A stretch of 38,866 nucleotides of DNA. It comes from a virus (Duplodnaviria > Heunggongvirae > Uroviricota > Caudoviricetes). The notes beneath the pieces were generated by a model, which did not search any database, was not told where the DNA came from, and was given only the letters and a program-made list of their open reading frames with translations. The stretch lies in the IMG/VR virus record IMGVR_UViG_2695420485_000017; one strand, written 5' to 3'. How positions within the stretch are numbered: position 1 is the stretch's first letter; the number at the start of each line of letters is the position of its first letter. The position numbers were made by a program, and so were the translations under genes. Positions 38,675 to 38,866 of the stretch are shown here, one piece after another.

Positions 38675-38866
38675 ATGACCGATACCAGCCTGATTCCTGA
38701 GAAAGAAGTGATGAACAAGCTCGGTGTTTCATCACGTCAGACAATCTGGAACTATACCAAACGGCACGGATTTCCGAAGCCAGTCAGAACCCACCCCAAA
38801 TCATACCTTCGTGAAGCTGTTGAAGGGTGGATTCTTAACGGTGGCGTTAATCAGAAATGCTCCTGA
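38675..38866 (+). CDS. xis: Excisionase-like DNA-binding protein
   Basis: 63 aa with HTH-like core, GGAGA RBS; last gene of PL operon, where int-xis is expected; stop at window end. Confidence 0.6.
   Translation: MTDTSLIPEKEVMNKLGVSSRQTIWNYTKRHGFPKPVRTHPKSYLREAVEGWILNGGVNQKCS

Larger units (their letters stand above)
1425..38866. mobile_element. Mosaic lambdoid/P22-like prophage, truncated at right window edge (int not included)
   Basis: Contiguous phage modules from tailspike to xis; left junction inside sbcB codon ~17; integrase expected beyond 38866. Confidence 0.9.

Overview
Almost the whole window is one mosaic lambdoid/P22-like prophage (about 1425 to the window end, continuing beyond it), inserted into the 5' end of the host sbcB gene next to an intact dacD. 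Reading right to left on the minus strand it has a P22-type immC region (cro, c1, O with ori iterons, DnaB-like helicase), a largely lambda-like nin region with a Dam-like methyltransferase, a Q-like antiterminator, lambda-type lysis genes (S, R, Rz/Rz1), rha, then a P22/Sf6-like virion module (terminase, portal, scaffold, coat, gp4/gp10/gp26, ejection proteins gp7/gp20/gp16), the immI region (mnt, arc, ant with their operators) and a chimeric tailspike. On the plus strand, c2 repressor and PL drive an early-left operon (N-like gene, cIII/kil-like, erf, ssb-like, a second methyltransferase, accessory ORFs) ending in xis; int lies outside the window. The best candidate for an undescribed system is a three-gene accessory cassette between gp16 and mnt (5100-6415), at the position P22 uses for sieA: a small YjzC-like protein, an HExxH protein and an outer-membrane-type lipoprotein, bounded by a degenerate second copy of the mnt 3' end. 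Other points worth follow-up are a strongly acidic early protein, a methyltransferase cassette bracketed by 17-bp repeats, and an unusually long structured leader upstream of the N-like gene. All homology calls are from recalled protein sequences and motifs, not database searches. No tRNA, rRNA, CRISPR array or stx genes were seen.
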